Assembly (NCBI GenBank): GCA_048885535.1
Contig: JBHLLO010000001.1
Location: forward strand, 1 to 64,000
Direction of reading: 5' to 3'
DNA length: 64,000 bases
From: Candidatus Hermodarchaeota archaeon
GTDB lineage: Archaea; Asgardarchaeota; Lokiarchaeia; Sigyniarchaeales; SOKP01
Shown here: piece by piece, positions 18,429-27,970 of the stretch
How the letters are laid out: each line of letters begins with the position of its first letter
Position numbering within the stretch: position 1 is the first letter of the stretch
The notes under the pieces: model-generated
What the model was told of the DNA's origin: nothing
The model's input: the letters and a program-made list of their open reading frames with translations, nothing else
Databases searched by the model: none
Position numbers and translations under genes: made by a program

Positions 18429-19895
18429 ATGTCAGATTACTATCGAAAAAAAGTCCATTCGGACAATATCGTGGCAACATTTGATGATATACTTATTCAA
18501 CCAGGCTATACAAATTTTGAGCCAAATGAAATAGATATAACCTCGAATTTAGGCCTCTATCATTTTAATCTACCTATTATGTCAGCGGCTATGGATACTG
18601 TAACTGAGGAAGTAATGGCCATTAAAATGGCTTTACTTGGGGGATTAGGGGTTCTTCATCGAAATTGTTCATATGAAAAACAACTACAAATGGTCAGAAT
18701 TGTAAAGAGAGCTAGATCGTTCATTATTGATGATGTTGCAACTATAAATCCTAATGATCCGATGACTAAAGCAAAATATATAATGGACAATTATAATATC
18801 AGCGGACTCGTTGTGACTAACGAAGAAAAAAAAGTATGTGGTATTCTAACAAAAAGAGATTTGCCATTTCTAGATACAGATATTAAAAAAGGTAAAGTAA
18901 AGGACTATATGTCTAAAGATGTAATATCAATTCCACCTGGGGCATCAAGGGAAGAGGCATTAAATATGCTTTTTAAATATAGAATTGAAAAACTACCTGT
19001 AATTGAGAATGGGTATTTAAAAGGTTTAATTACTAAAAAGGATTTAGCTCCAGAATTCCCTTTAGCTTCAATGGATAACGAAGGACATTTAATTTGTGCC
19101 TTAGCTTTATCCCCAAAATTTCCTGAATCGACACAAACCCAAAATATGTTAAAGGAGATTGATAAGTATGTAGATATTTTCTTTATTGATGTAGCAGACT
19201 TTTACAAAATTGCAGATATTAACGGTACAAAAAAATTAATGGATTTTTTGGAGTCTAATTTTGTTTTGGGTAATATTGGAACTTATGAAGCCGCTGAACA
19301 TATAATCTCAAAATGCGATTTAATTGAGGATAGATTTATTGGATTAAAGGTTGGAATGGGCTCGGGTTCAATTTGCACAACTTCAATACAAACAGGAGTA
19401 GGTGCTCCGACATTATACGCAACAGCTCAAGTCGCGGATGCTATTAATGATTATAGACCAAACCTTTCATTAATCGCTGATGGGGGTTTCAAAAATCCAG
19501 GGGATATCCCAAAAGCTTTCACTGCAGGGGCAGATTTAATTATGTCTGGACATTTATTTGCAGGCTGTACAGAAAGTCCTGGCTATATTGATACTATTCA
19601 AGGGCAAAAAGTAAAAGTATATAGAGGAATGGGAAGTAAAGAAGCCAGAACCTCTGGTTACATATCAGATCGTTATATAGAAGGTTCCAAGGTGCTCGCT
19701 GAAGGAATTTCAGCATACATACCTTATGTTGGAGATTTGAGTGGTGTTGTTATGTCATTAAAGGAAGGATTAATTAATGGAATGGTATATGCTGGAGCAA
19801 AAGAAATTAAAGATTTGAAAAAAGTGAAAGTAGGAATAATTACTTCCTTTGGACGTCAAGAAGTAAGAACACACGATTTAATTGGAAAGTATTGA
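18429..19895 (+). CDS. guaB: IMP dehydrogenase with CBS pair
   Basis: TFDDILIQP, SAAMDTVTE, catalytic GSGSICTT, ADGG, YRGMGS, AEGI. Confidence 0.92.
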   Translation: MSDYYRKKVHSDNIVATFDDILIQPGYTNFEPNEIDITSNLGLYHFNLPIMSAAMDTVTEEVMAIKMALLGGLGVLHRNCSYEKQLQMVRIVKRARSFIIDDVATINPNDPMTKAKYIMDNYNISGLVVTNEEKKVCGILTKRDLPFLDTDIKKGKVKDYMSKDVISIPPGASREEALNMLFKYRIEKLPVIENGYLKGLITKKDLAPEFPLASMDNEGHLICALALSPKFPESTQTQNMLKEIDKYVDIFFIDVADFYKIADINGTKKLMDFLESNFVLGNIGTYEAAEHIISKCDLIEDRFIGLKVGMGSGSICTTSIQTGVGAPTLYATAQVADAINDYRPNLSLIADGGFKNPGDIPKAFTAGADLIMSGHLFAGCTESPGYIDTIQGQKVKVYRGMGSKEARTSGYISDRYIEGSKVLAEGISAYIPYVGDLSGVVMSLKEGLINGMVYAGAKEIKDLKKVKVGIITSFGRQEVRTHDLIGKY

Positions 19896-20051
19896 AGATG
19901 TTGATCAGTTTCTAAGGAATTTTTCTAGTAGAGATTATAATTACTAAAACTACTTTAATTTTAATTTATTTTTAATAAATTTATATAGATATAGTTTAAA
20001 ATCATCGCGAAATTTGCTTAATTAAGATAAGTACGAATTAGATGATCTATT

Positions 20052-21656
20052 ATGAAAAAAATTGAAAGGGCAATAATAAGTGTTTTTGATAAAAAAGGAC
20101 TGATTCCTTTTGTAAAGGTATTAGTTAATGAGTTTAAAATTGAAATAATGTCTACAGGTGGTACTGGGGACTTATTGGAAAAAAATGGAATTAAATACAA
20201 AAAAATTTCAGACTATACAGAAAGCCCAGAAATGTTTAATGGTAGAGTTAAAACACTACATCCAAAAATCGAAGGAGGTATTTTATATCGTAGAAATCTA
20301 CAGAGGGATATTGAAGATGCAACTAAATATAATATAAAGTCAATAGATATGGTTGTTTGCAATCTATATCAGTTTAAAGAGGCGATAGAGCAACCTGGAA
20401 TGCCAATTGAAGACGCATTAGAGTTAATCGATATTGGAGGACCTACAATGATTCGAGCAGCAGCAAAAAATTTTCCTGATGTAATTGTTATTCCTAGCCC
20501 AGATTATTATTCAGATATTATTGAAGAATTAAGAAAGTATAAGGGTGCAATAACTGAACAAACAAGATTAATATTAGCACAAGATGTTTTTGCTATTATG
20601 GCAGATTATAATGCAGCTATTGCTAATTACCTTCAGAAGTATTATAATCCTAACGCTAGACTGCCAAATAATTTAATAAAAACTTATGAAAAAGTCCAAG
20701 ATTGTAGATATGGGGAAAATCAAGATCAAGTTGCTGCTTATTATAAAGATTTATCAACTGAATTTGGATTGTATAATTTTAAACAACTAAGTGGAAAACA
20801 AATCTCTTTTAATAATTATTTGGATATTGACTCTTGCATTCAAATGCTTTTGGATTTTAATAAAGATGAGTATGTAACTGCAATTCTTAAGCATACTTCT
20901 CCAAATGGAGTCGCTATTGATAATAATAGCTTATTAAGATCAGTAAAAATGGCTTATTCTTGTGATCCACTCTCTGCATTTGGAGGAATTTGGGGCGTAA
21001 ATAAAATACTCACCAAGGATGTAGCAGATTTTATTGTTAATCAAGAAAAAATCTTCGTAGAGGTTATTTTAGCTCCTAGTTATGAAGAAGAGGCTTTAAA
21101 AGTGTTGAAACAAAAAGCTAACATGATAATTCTTGAATTTGGAAACTTTCTCGATAAAAAGGATGAGATTTATAAACAGTTAGATATCAGAACAACTCTA
21201 GGAGGTGCAATCATTCAGGAATATGATTACAAGCCTCTGATTAAGGAATGGAAGGTTGTGAGCAAAAGAAATGTAAACGATATTGAAAAGAAGGCATTGA
21301 TTTTTGCGTATAGAGTTTCTAAATGGGCAAAATCGAATTCTGCTTGCTTTGCACAGCTTTATGATGGTGGAATTTATACTATAGGTATTGGTGCTGGACA
21401 ACAGTCTAGAGTTCATGTCGTAAGACTTGCTGCTCAAAAAGCGATTGAGTTCGGTCATGAAAGTGAGTTAAAAGATTCTTTTATGGGAACTGATTCTTTT
21501 TTTCCATTTCCAGATGGATTAGAAGCAGCTGTAAATGCAGGTGCTAAGGCTATAATCAACCCTGGCGGTTCTATTAGAGATCCCCAAGTAATTCAAAAGG
21601 CTGATGAATTGAATTGTGCCTTAGTTTTTTGTGGTAAGAGAGTTTTTCGGCATTAG
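20052..21656 (+). CDS. purH: Bifunctional AICAR transformylase / IMP cyclohydrolase
   Basis: SVFDK, STGGT, GRVKTLHP, IDIGGPTMIRAAAKN, YGEN, KHTSP, PGGSIRD, RVFRH. Confidence 0.96.
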   Translation: MKKIERAIISVFDKKGLIPFVKVLVNEFKIEIMSTGGTGDLLEKNGIKYKKISDYTESPEMFNGRVKTLHPKIEGGILYRRNLQRDIEDATKYNIKSIDMVVCNLYQFKEAIEQPGMPIEDALELIDIGGPTMIRAAAKNFPDVIVIPSPDYYSDIIEELRKYKGAITEQTRLILAQDVFAIMADYNAAIANYLQKYYNPNARLPNNLIKTYEKVQDCRYGENQDQVAAYYKDLSTEFGLYNFKQLSGKQISFNNYLDIDSCIQMLLDFNKDEYVTAILKHTSPNGVAIDNNSLLRSVKMAYSCDPLSAFGGIWGVNKILTKDVADFIVNQEKIFVEVILAPSYEEEALKVLKQKANMIILEFGNFLDKKDEIYKQLDIRTTLGGAIIQEYDYKPLIKEWKVVSKRNVNDIEKKALIFAYRVSKWAKSNSACFAQLYDGGIYTIGIGAGQQSRVHVVRLAAQKAIEFGHESELKDSFMGTDSFFPFPDGLEAAVNAGAKAIINPGGSIRDPQVIQKADELNCALVFCGKRVFRH

Positions 21657-21819
21657 GGTTTTGATTGATTAAACCTTGGAATTCCTTAATTTATCTCCAA
21701 TTTTTAAAGAGATACCATTTTTATATAATTTTTAGGTAGAAGAAAAAAACTTTATAAACATCTGAGTATAACTAAATATACGAATTATTAAATAACAAAT
21801 AATCCTAACCGACGATTTT

Positions 21820-22104
21820 ATGGACTTTTTCTTAAAAAATTTACGGGAAACTCTTCAAGCTATTAATAAGTTAATTGATAATAACGTAAATATTGTGAAT
21901 ACAAAAAGAATAAGAAGATGTAACAACATAAAGTCATCTAATCGCTCAAAAATTAACTTTATCTGGCGCTCGTTAGATTTCCTTGAAAAAGAAGGTATTT
22001 TAGAGATTAATGGCTCTTATAGTCCAAAAACTTATAAGATTAAATTAAACGAAAAAATAAATATTGATAAGTTAATGACTCAGATTGAACAAGAAAGAGT
22101 TTAG
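21820..22104 (+). CDS. Small basic winged-helix-like hypothetical protein
   Basis: 94 aa; FIWRSLDFLEKEGILEI...PKTYKI helix-wing pattern. Confidence 0.55.
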   Translation: MDFFLKNLRETLQAINKLIDNNVNIVNTKRIRRCNNIKSSNRSKINFIWRSLDFLEKEGILEINGSYSPKTYKIKLNEKINIDKLMTQIEQERV

Positions 22105-22108
22105 TACA

Positions 22109-24835
22109 CTAATATAAGTTTAATTGATGTAATAAATCATCTAATATCTTCTTATTTTCGCTATTATTTGGATCTTTTATTAATCTTTTTTGATAGAAGA
22201 TAACATTACCATATCTTAACTCAATATTATTAAATCTTTTGATCCAAGACATAAATTGATTTAAATAGTCTTGTACTTCCGGGTCGTCTTCGAATAATCT
22301 TACGTCTTCTTTTCTTTGGGGGGAAAGGATCATATTTTTATATTTTTTCATGGTATATCCTTGTTTTTTTAATAATTGAATATTGGCTTTACGTATAAAA
22401 GCTTCTAAACCGCTTCTCCATCTAACATATTGTTCATTAATTCTGTCGATTGATTCTTGAACCTCTTTTATTTCTTGTGGAAATATTGTAGTGTTGTCTT
22501 TAGTCAAAATCTTTTTAATCAATTGAAATTCTGAATCAAAAAGCCTATTATAATTTTTTACCATTCTTTCAAACTCATCTAATACAACGTTATAATCTTG
22601 ATTGAATAAAACGCCAAAACTAGAAAATGTAAGAGATTCTTTATCAAATGTTCCCTTTAACTTTCCTTTACTTATCAAATTCTCTGTAATTGAACATAAT
22701 AGTTCAAGATCCTTTTCTGATAATTCTTTACCATAAAAAAGATCTTTGAATGAAAAATTATAACTATTTTGGAGTATTAATTTTTCAATTCCATTTTTGG
22801 TATAAAATTTAACTTCATCATCATCATCATAAAATATCCCTTTAATTTCTTCATTATCCTGCATCTCACTAAGTAAATTTTTTGCTGAACTTGATGTTGT
22901 ATCAATATCTCCCAAAAGAATATAGTCTTGTGTTTCTGATTTCTCCATTAACATATTCCTTATTTCTTTTTCAGCTTCTTTAATTTTATACTCATTAAAA
23001 ATTAAAGTATCTCCTTTCTTTAGGTATTTAAGCTCCAAATTATTTATAAAATTAAAAAAGGCAGATTCATCCATGCCAGTCTTTTCAAGGTATTCTCTAA
23101 TATTTATTTGATCTTGATTTTTTATTTCATCCCCAATAAGATTAAGGTTTTCATCTATTTTCCTTAAAATAATTTCCTTTTGAATATTTAATTCTCTTGT
23201 TAATTCAATTACTTTTACTTCTTTTTCTTTAATATCATTGACTTGATTTATGTTTTCTATCTTTTCATTTATGTATCTTGAATAATAAAATATCTCTTTA
23301 TCATTGTTAAACAAACCACTTCGTGGATCAACAAACTTATCTAAAACGTCAACCAATAAAACTTTATCAATATCTAATTTTTCAGAAATTTTTGGAATAG
23401 ACAAATAACCCAAAATTTTAGAATTTTTAATTTCATTTTCGATTTTCAATAAACCTAAATTTGTTAATAAAATAGTTCCCTTGCGATAATTAGTTAGATA
23501 ATCTTTGGGAAGATTTTTAATTAAGTTAATAAAACTTTTTTCAGTTAAGGTTTCACGATATGATTTTAAATCAACAGTAATATGTTTTGCCGCATTGGAG
23601 TTAATTTCTTTGGTAATTGTTTTTAAAGAATAAAATATTGAACGAGTTTTCCCTACTAAGAATTTCTTCTTTGTAGAAAAGGATATCTCTTTCAATATTT
23701 TTTTTAATAGATTTATAGGTAAATAATCAAATTTCTGAATATTTAAGATTCCATCTTTCTTAATTACTTTTTCAAACTGATCTCTTAGATAATTATAAGG
23801 GTAGAAATATCCTAATTCTGAAAAGTAACCATTTATTATATTTAATTTTATCAATGTTTTGATTACAAGTTCTAATTCGTGATCTGATTCAATGATATAT
23901 AGAAAATCTTTTATTAACTGCCTTGAAATCTTTTTATTTTGCTCAAAGAAATTTATTAATTTTATCTTCTCAAATTCATAAATATAGACTTCATCATTTT
24001 CCTTATTTTTTGTATAAAAGTACACTTCTTCATCTTTAAAGCGGGATCTTCTTATCTTATCGATGAGTGTTTTTAATCGAATATTACTTTGCTTCCTTAA
24101 ACCTGTTAAGTTATATTTTTTTAAGATCACAATACTATCGATTAACTCATATAATTTATTTAAATCCTCTTTTTCATAGTTAACATCTTTTAAAGGGTCA
24201 AAAAATTTCCTACATAGCTCAAATAATTTATTATAGAGAATTGCTTCACATTTTCCTCTTAAATTTAAAGAAATTCTTTTTATTATTTGTTTAAACCAAA
24301 ATATATCACTGAAATAAAAGTTTTCACAATTACTTAGGAAATCTAACAGGGAATATAAATTAGCATTACTTTCTTCAATTAAGAGAGCATTTAGTATGTT
24401 TTCTTTATAAGTGCATAGTATTTGGGGGTTAACTTTTACTATTTCTTGGAGAAAATAATGGACATTGCTTCTTATATCTGAATTTTTCTCAGTTAAAGCT
24501 TGGATAAAAAAACACAAATATTTTTCAAGATAAATAGAATTGTATATCATTCCAAATCCTAATATGATTAAAGAGTTCAACTTTAATTCAGGTGAATTCA
24601 AAAATTCTTGGACTTTTTCCAATAAATCATCAGAAATATATTTAAAATTATTTTCCGCTAAGACACTAAAAATATAAGTTATTAGAATTTGATTATCTTC
24701 TTCTTCTAATAGAATTTTTAAATCATTTATGATTTTGTTGATTTTTTCGTCCTTATTTTTGTTTAAATACTTATTTAACTTCCCAACGACACTCTCAAGA
24801 ACTTGATTATCTTTAAAATCTTCCAAATTAAACAT
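22109..24835 (-). CDS. HEAT-repeat plus tandem PCI-like winged-helix protein (UFL1-like architecture) with C-terminal helical bundle
   Basis: HEAT-like FIQALTEKNSDIRSNVHYFLQEI; repeated WH signatures IKTLIKLNIINGYF, LSIPKISEKLDID, LLSEMQDNEEIKGIF, ENLISKGKLKGTFD. Confidence 0.6.
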   Translation of the reverse strand: MFNLEDFKDNQVLESVVGKLNKYLNKNKDEKINKIINDLKILLEEEDNQILITYIFSVLAENNFKYISDDLLEKVQEFLNSPELKLNSLIILGFGMIYNSIYLEKYLCFFIQALTEKNSDIRSNVHYFLQEIVKVNPQILCTYKENILNALLIEESNANLYSLLDFLSNCENFYFSDIFWFKQIIKRISLNLRGKCEAILYNKLFELCRKFFDPLKDVNYEKEDLNKLYELIDSIVILKKYNLTGLRKQSNIRLKTLIDKIRRSRFKDEEVYFYTKNKENDEVYIYEFEKIKLINFFEQNKKISRQLIKDFLYIIESDHELELVIKTLIKLNIINGYFSELGYFYPYNYLRDQFEKVIKKDGILNIQKFDYLPINLLKKILKEISFSTKKKFLVGKTRSIFYSLKTITKEINSNAAKHITVDLKSYRETLTEKSFINLIKNLPKDYLTNYRKGTILLTNLGLLKIENEIKNSKILGYLSIPKISEKLDIDKVLLVDVLDKFVDPRSGLFNNDKEIFYYSRYINEKIENINQVNDIKEKEVKVIELTRELNIQKEIILRKIDENLNLIGDEIKNQDQINIREYLEKTGMDESAFFNFINNLELKYLKKGDTLIFNEYKIKEAEKEIRNMLMEKSETQDYILLGDIDTTSSSAKNLLSEMQDNEEIKGIFYDDDDEVKFYTKNGIEKLILQNSYNFSFKDLFYGKELSEKDLELLCSITENLISKGKLKGTFDKESLTFSSFGVLFNQDYNVVLDEFERMVKNYNRLFDSEFQLIKKILTKDNTTIFPQEIKEVQESIDRINEQYVRWRSGLEAFIRKANIQLLKKQGYTMKKYKNMILSPQRKEDVRLFEDDPEVQDYLNQFMSWIKRFNNIELRYGNVIFYQKRLIKDPNNSENKKILDDLLHQLNLY

Positions 24836-24854
24836 TATTACTGTACTTCAATGT

Positions 24855-25110
24855 TCAGTTCAATAAGAATTTTTTGATTGGTTCAAATTCTAAAAGAGCT
24901 TCAATATTCGGAAGAATAATCGTTGGGCTGGTTTTTTCCAAATCCCCTTTAACTCCATGACCACTTAATAATGCAATACTTCTAATTCCTGCATTCTTAG
25001 CAGTTTCAATATCAGTTGGAGGGTCCCCTCCAAAATAAACTACTTAAGAATTTACTTTGGTCTTAAATCTAATGAAAAAAGGTTACATGGATTTAATCTT
25101 GAGGTTTTTT
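24855..25110 (-). pseudogene. Decayed C-terminal remnant of a HAD-superfamily phosphatase
   Basis: Frame reads *VVYFGGDPPTDIETAKNAGIRSIALLSGHG...PTIILPNIEALL (HAD motif IV), preceded by an in-frame TAA; a KKP motif-III remnant lies in another frame; no start codon. Confidence 0.75.
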
Positions 25111-25221
25111 AAATGTTATATTATTCTGTGTATAAGAAGGTTTTTTAAATAGCATTTCTACATATATTGTTAATAACTCGTTTATTTATTAAAAAAATAT
25201 AAAGATTGCTAGAACAAGTAA

Positions 25222-25908
25222 GTGATAATTATGCCTGAAAATAAAGTAAAATCTATAACTGAAATTAAATTACGATCTTATCCAAAGGTTATTTTCTTTT
25301 ACCCTCTGCTTATTGCAAGTTTTATTTTATGGATTTGGCAGTGGGTTCTTACAGCTTCTGGGGCTCCAGAACCAGAAGCTTGGTTGGGTAATATTTGGGT
25401 TATTATCTTTTTTGTGAATCTCTTTATAATAGCTTTTGACTTCTCATCTACTAAATTCTTCCTTCTTCTTCTTGCTGTCGTAATTATTGTGTTGGTAATC
25501 ATATTTTTGATCCCAGGTGGTATTATACCCACTACTACATTAACATTTAATTTGAAATTAACAGCAGAATTTTATTTTGTTGCTATGATCATATTAATTT
25601 TTATTTTGGGATTAGTTGTTCTTAGTGCTCAATTTGACTATTGGAAGATTGAAAGAAATGAAATCTATCACAAAAGAGGTATTTTTACTTCAGCAGAACG
25701 AATTCCAACTAAAAGTTTAAGAATTAAAAAGGAAATTCCAGATGTATTTGAATTCTTTGTATTAAGAGCTGGTTCTATTACACTTATGCCAGGACACGGT
25801 GATGTAATTCCTTTAACTACCGTTTTAAATGTAAACAAAAAATCAGAACAAATTGATTGGCTCCTAAGTCATATTAGTATGGAACCTGATGAATTAGACT
25901 CAGTCTAA
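25222..25908 (+). CDS. 4-TM membrane protein with C-terminal bacterial PH-like domain
   Basis: Four hydrophobic helices then YWKIERNEIYHKRGIF...AERIP...AGSITL, typical of bPH_2-like domains. Confidence 0.65.
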   Translation: MIIMPENKVKSITEIKLRSYPKVIFFYPLLIASFILWIWQWVLTASGAPEPEAWLGNIWVIIFFVNLFIIAFDFSSTKFFLLLLAVVIIVLVIIFLIPGGIIPTTTLTFNLKLTAEFYFVAMIILIFILGLVVLSAQFDYWKIERNEIYHKRGIFTSAERIPTKSLRIKKEIPDVFEFFVLRAGSITLMPGHGDVIPLTTVLNVNKKSEQIDWLLSHISMEPDELDSV

Positions 25909-25983
25909 AACATAAAAACAATTTGATAAATATCATTATTTTTTATTTTTTTATCATCATAACTTTAAAGTAATTTTTAGTAC

Positions 25984-26736
25984 TTAGAAATAATCTCTAA
26001 TAGATTTTATCATTCTGTAAGAATATTCAATTTGCTTATTTCCTTGATTGCTTATCCCCATATGACCAGGAAGTAGATATTTTACATCTAAGTTGGAAAC
26101 AAATTTAATAGAATCGGTCAAAACTTTTAAAGATCCACCAGGAAAATCATAACGACCAAAGCTTCCTCCTGTAAACACTAAATCTCCGGGAATTAAGATT
26201 TTTTTTTTAGGTTCATAGTATGTTATTGATCCTGTAGAATGCCCTGGAGTATGAAATATCTGAAAATTAAAATTTTCATTTACTTTAATAGATTTTTTAT
26301 CGCTTAACTCCTCCACTTCTAAGGGAATGATACGAACACCAAACATACTAGGTGTAATTCCGAGATTACCAGGGAAAATACTTGATTCATCTCCATCTAG
26401 TAAAATTTTGGCAGTGTTTCCATATGCATAAATTTTGGGTGCCTTTTCATTTAATAGATTCATTAATGGATAAAGGCCAAGAACGTGATCAACATGTTCA
26501 TGAGTAATATAGATTTTTGTTAAATTCTCATAATCTAGATCAACTTCTTTCATTCCTTCTATTAATCCTTTTAAGGATATGCCATTTCCTGCGTCAAAAA
26601 GTGCCAATTCATTGGAATAAGAATCTTTAATTATATATTGATTGCAATCTAGCATAGGATTTTCGTTAAAGTAATAAAGATTTTTAATTACTTCTTGACT
26701 TTTCTTTTTTGAACTACTAATTCCTGAAAAAAACAT
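25984..26736 (-). CDS. MBL-fold metallo-hydrolase
   Basis: THEHVDH, HTPGHS, GDLVF, GRYDFPGG, PGH. Confidence 0.92.
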   Translation of the reverse strand: MFFSGISSSKKKSQEVIKNLYYFNENPMLDCNQYIIKDSYSNELALFDAGNGISLKGLIEGMKEVDLDYENLTKIYITHEHVDHVLGLYPLMNLLNEKAPKIYAYGNTAKILLDGDESSIFPGNLGITPSMFGVRIIPLEVEELSDKKSIKVNENFNFQIFHTPGHSTGSITYYEPKKKILIPGDLVFTGGSFGRYDFPGGSLKVLTDSIKFVSNLDVKYLLPGHMGISNQGNKQIEYSYRMIKSIRDYF

Positions 26737-26833
26737 GATTTAAACCTTACAAAAATAAAAATTACTATATTTTAATGTTTTTCTATTCAAAAAAATAAAA
26801 AATAATTAATTTTAAAAAAATGATCTATTTACT

Positions 26834-27244
26834 ATGAGAGCAGTCCCACCAAATAATAAAAATATTGAAAACTTGAAAAATAAAATAGGATTCGGAATAA
26901 AATTTTGGTTAGAATTCCAAAATGATAAACAAAAGAACATTTTAGGTTCAGGCTGGGCAAGATTGTTAGAAAGTATAGATGTATCACAAAAAGAAGAGAA
27001 TAAGTCTTTAACATTAGCCGCAAAAGAATGTGGCTATTCATATAAATATGCATGGAATATTCTAAAAAGAATTGAAAAAAGAACTGGCATGTCTCCTGTC
27101 ATAACAGGGAAAGGTGGAGCTGGTGGTGGAGGGTATGTAAAATTGAATGAATGGGGTAAATATTTATTAAAAACATATAAAAACTTATTATTTGAATTAA
27201 AGGAAATTGAGAAAAGACTTGAAAAATCCTTTAAAATAGCCTAG
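26834..27244 (+). CDS. ModE-type winged-helix regulator (DNA-binding domain only)
   Basis: GSGWARLLESI, SLTLAAKECGYSYKYAWNILK, GGAGGGG. Confidence 0.85.
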   Translation: MRAVPPNNKNIENLKNKIGFGIKFWLEFQNDKQKNILGSGWARLLESIDVSQKEENKSLTLAAKECGYSYKYAWNILKRIEKRTGMSPVITGKGGAGGGGYVKLNEWGKYLLKTYKNLLFELKEIEKRLEKSFKIA

Positions 27245-27338
27245 TAATTAGATTTTAATTTTATCTCACATTATTAAATTTAAAAAACTCATTAAAATTT
27301 CATTCTTTAATTTAATTACATAAAAATAGGGTGTTTTT

Positions 27339-27764
27339 TTGGAAAAGAAAATTCGGATGTTCAATGAAATTAAGGTATCTGAATTTATGATAAAGAATCC
27401 TATTTTTATAACTCCTAATGAGAAAGTTAGTACTACTGAACTTTTAATGTTAAGAAAAAATATAGGTAGTCTTCCAGTCGTTAATAATTCTAAAGACAAA
27501 AAAGTAATTGGTATCATTAGTCAAAGAGATATTAGATTAGCTCGATTTGCTATGGATTTAGAAACACCTAATACAAGAGTAAAAGATTTAATGACTCCAG
27601 ATCCAATTGTTGCCAACAAAACAGATTCATTAATTCAAGTTTTAGAAAAATTAGTAAAGAATGATATTGAACGCTTACCTGTAATAGATACCAACCAAGA
27701 TTTAATAGGATATATAACTAAACAGTCTATTATAGAAACGATTTATAAATGCATAAATGTCTAG
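27339..27764 (+). CDS. CBS-pair protein
   Basis: IGSLPVV..IGIISQRDI, VKDLMT, IERLPVID..IGYIT. Confidence 0.9.
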   Translation: MEKKIRMFNEIKVSEFMIKNPIFITPNEKVSTTELLMLRKNIGSLPVVNNSKDKKVIGIISQRDIRLARFAMDLETPNTRVKDLMTPDPIVANKTDSLIQVLEKLVKNDIERLPVIDTNQDLIGYITKQSIIETIYKCINV

Positions 27765-27970
27765 AAAAGAGATTTAATAATATCCTCCAATGATTGATGA
27801 AATACAGGCTTTTAAGTTATTAGTAAGGAAGTTAAATATATCATATTAAGACAATTTACTAAATTTGTACATGTTTTTAAAAAAAACACATACATATTTT
27901 TATTACTATCAATACTTTATGTTTATAGATATTATTGTTCATAAAAATCAAAAATTTAAAATGAAATAAC

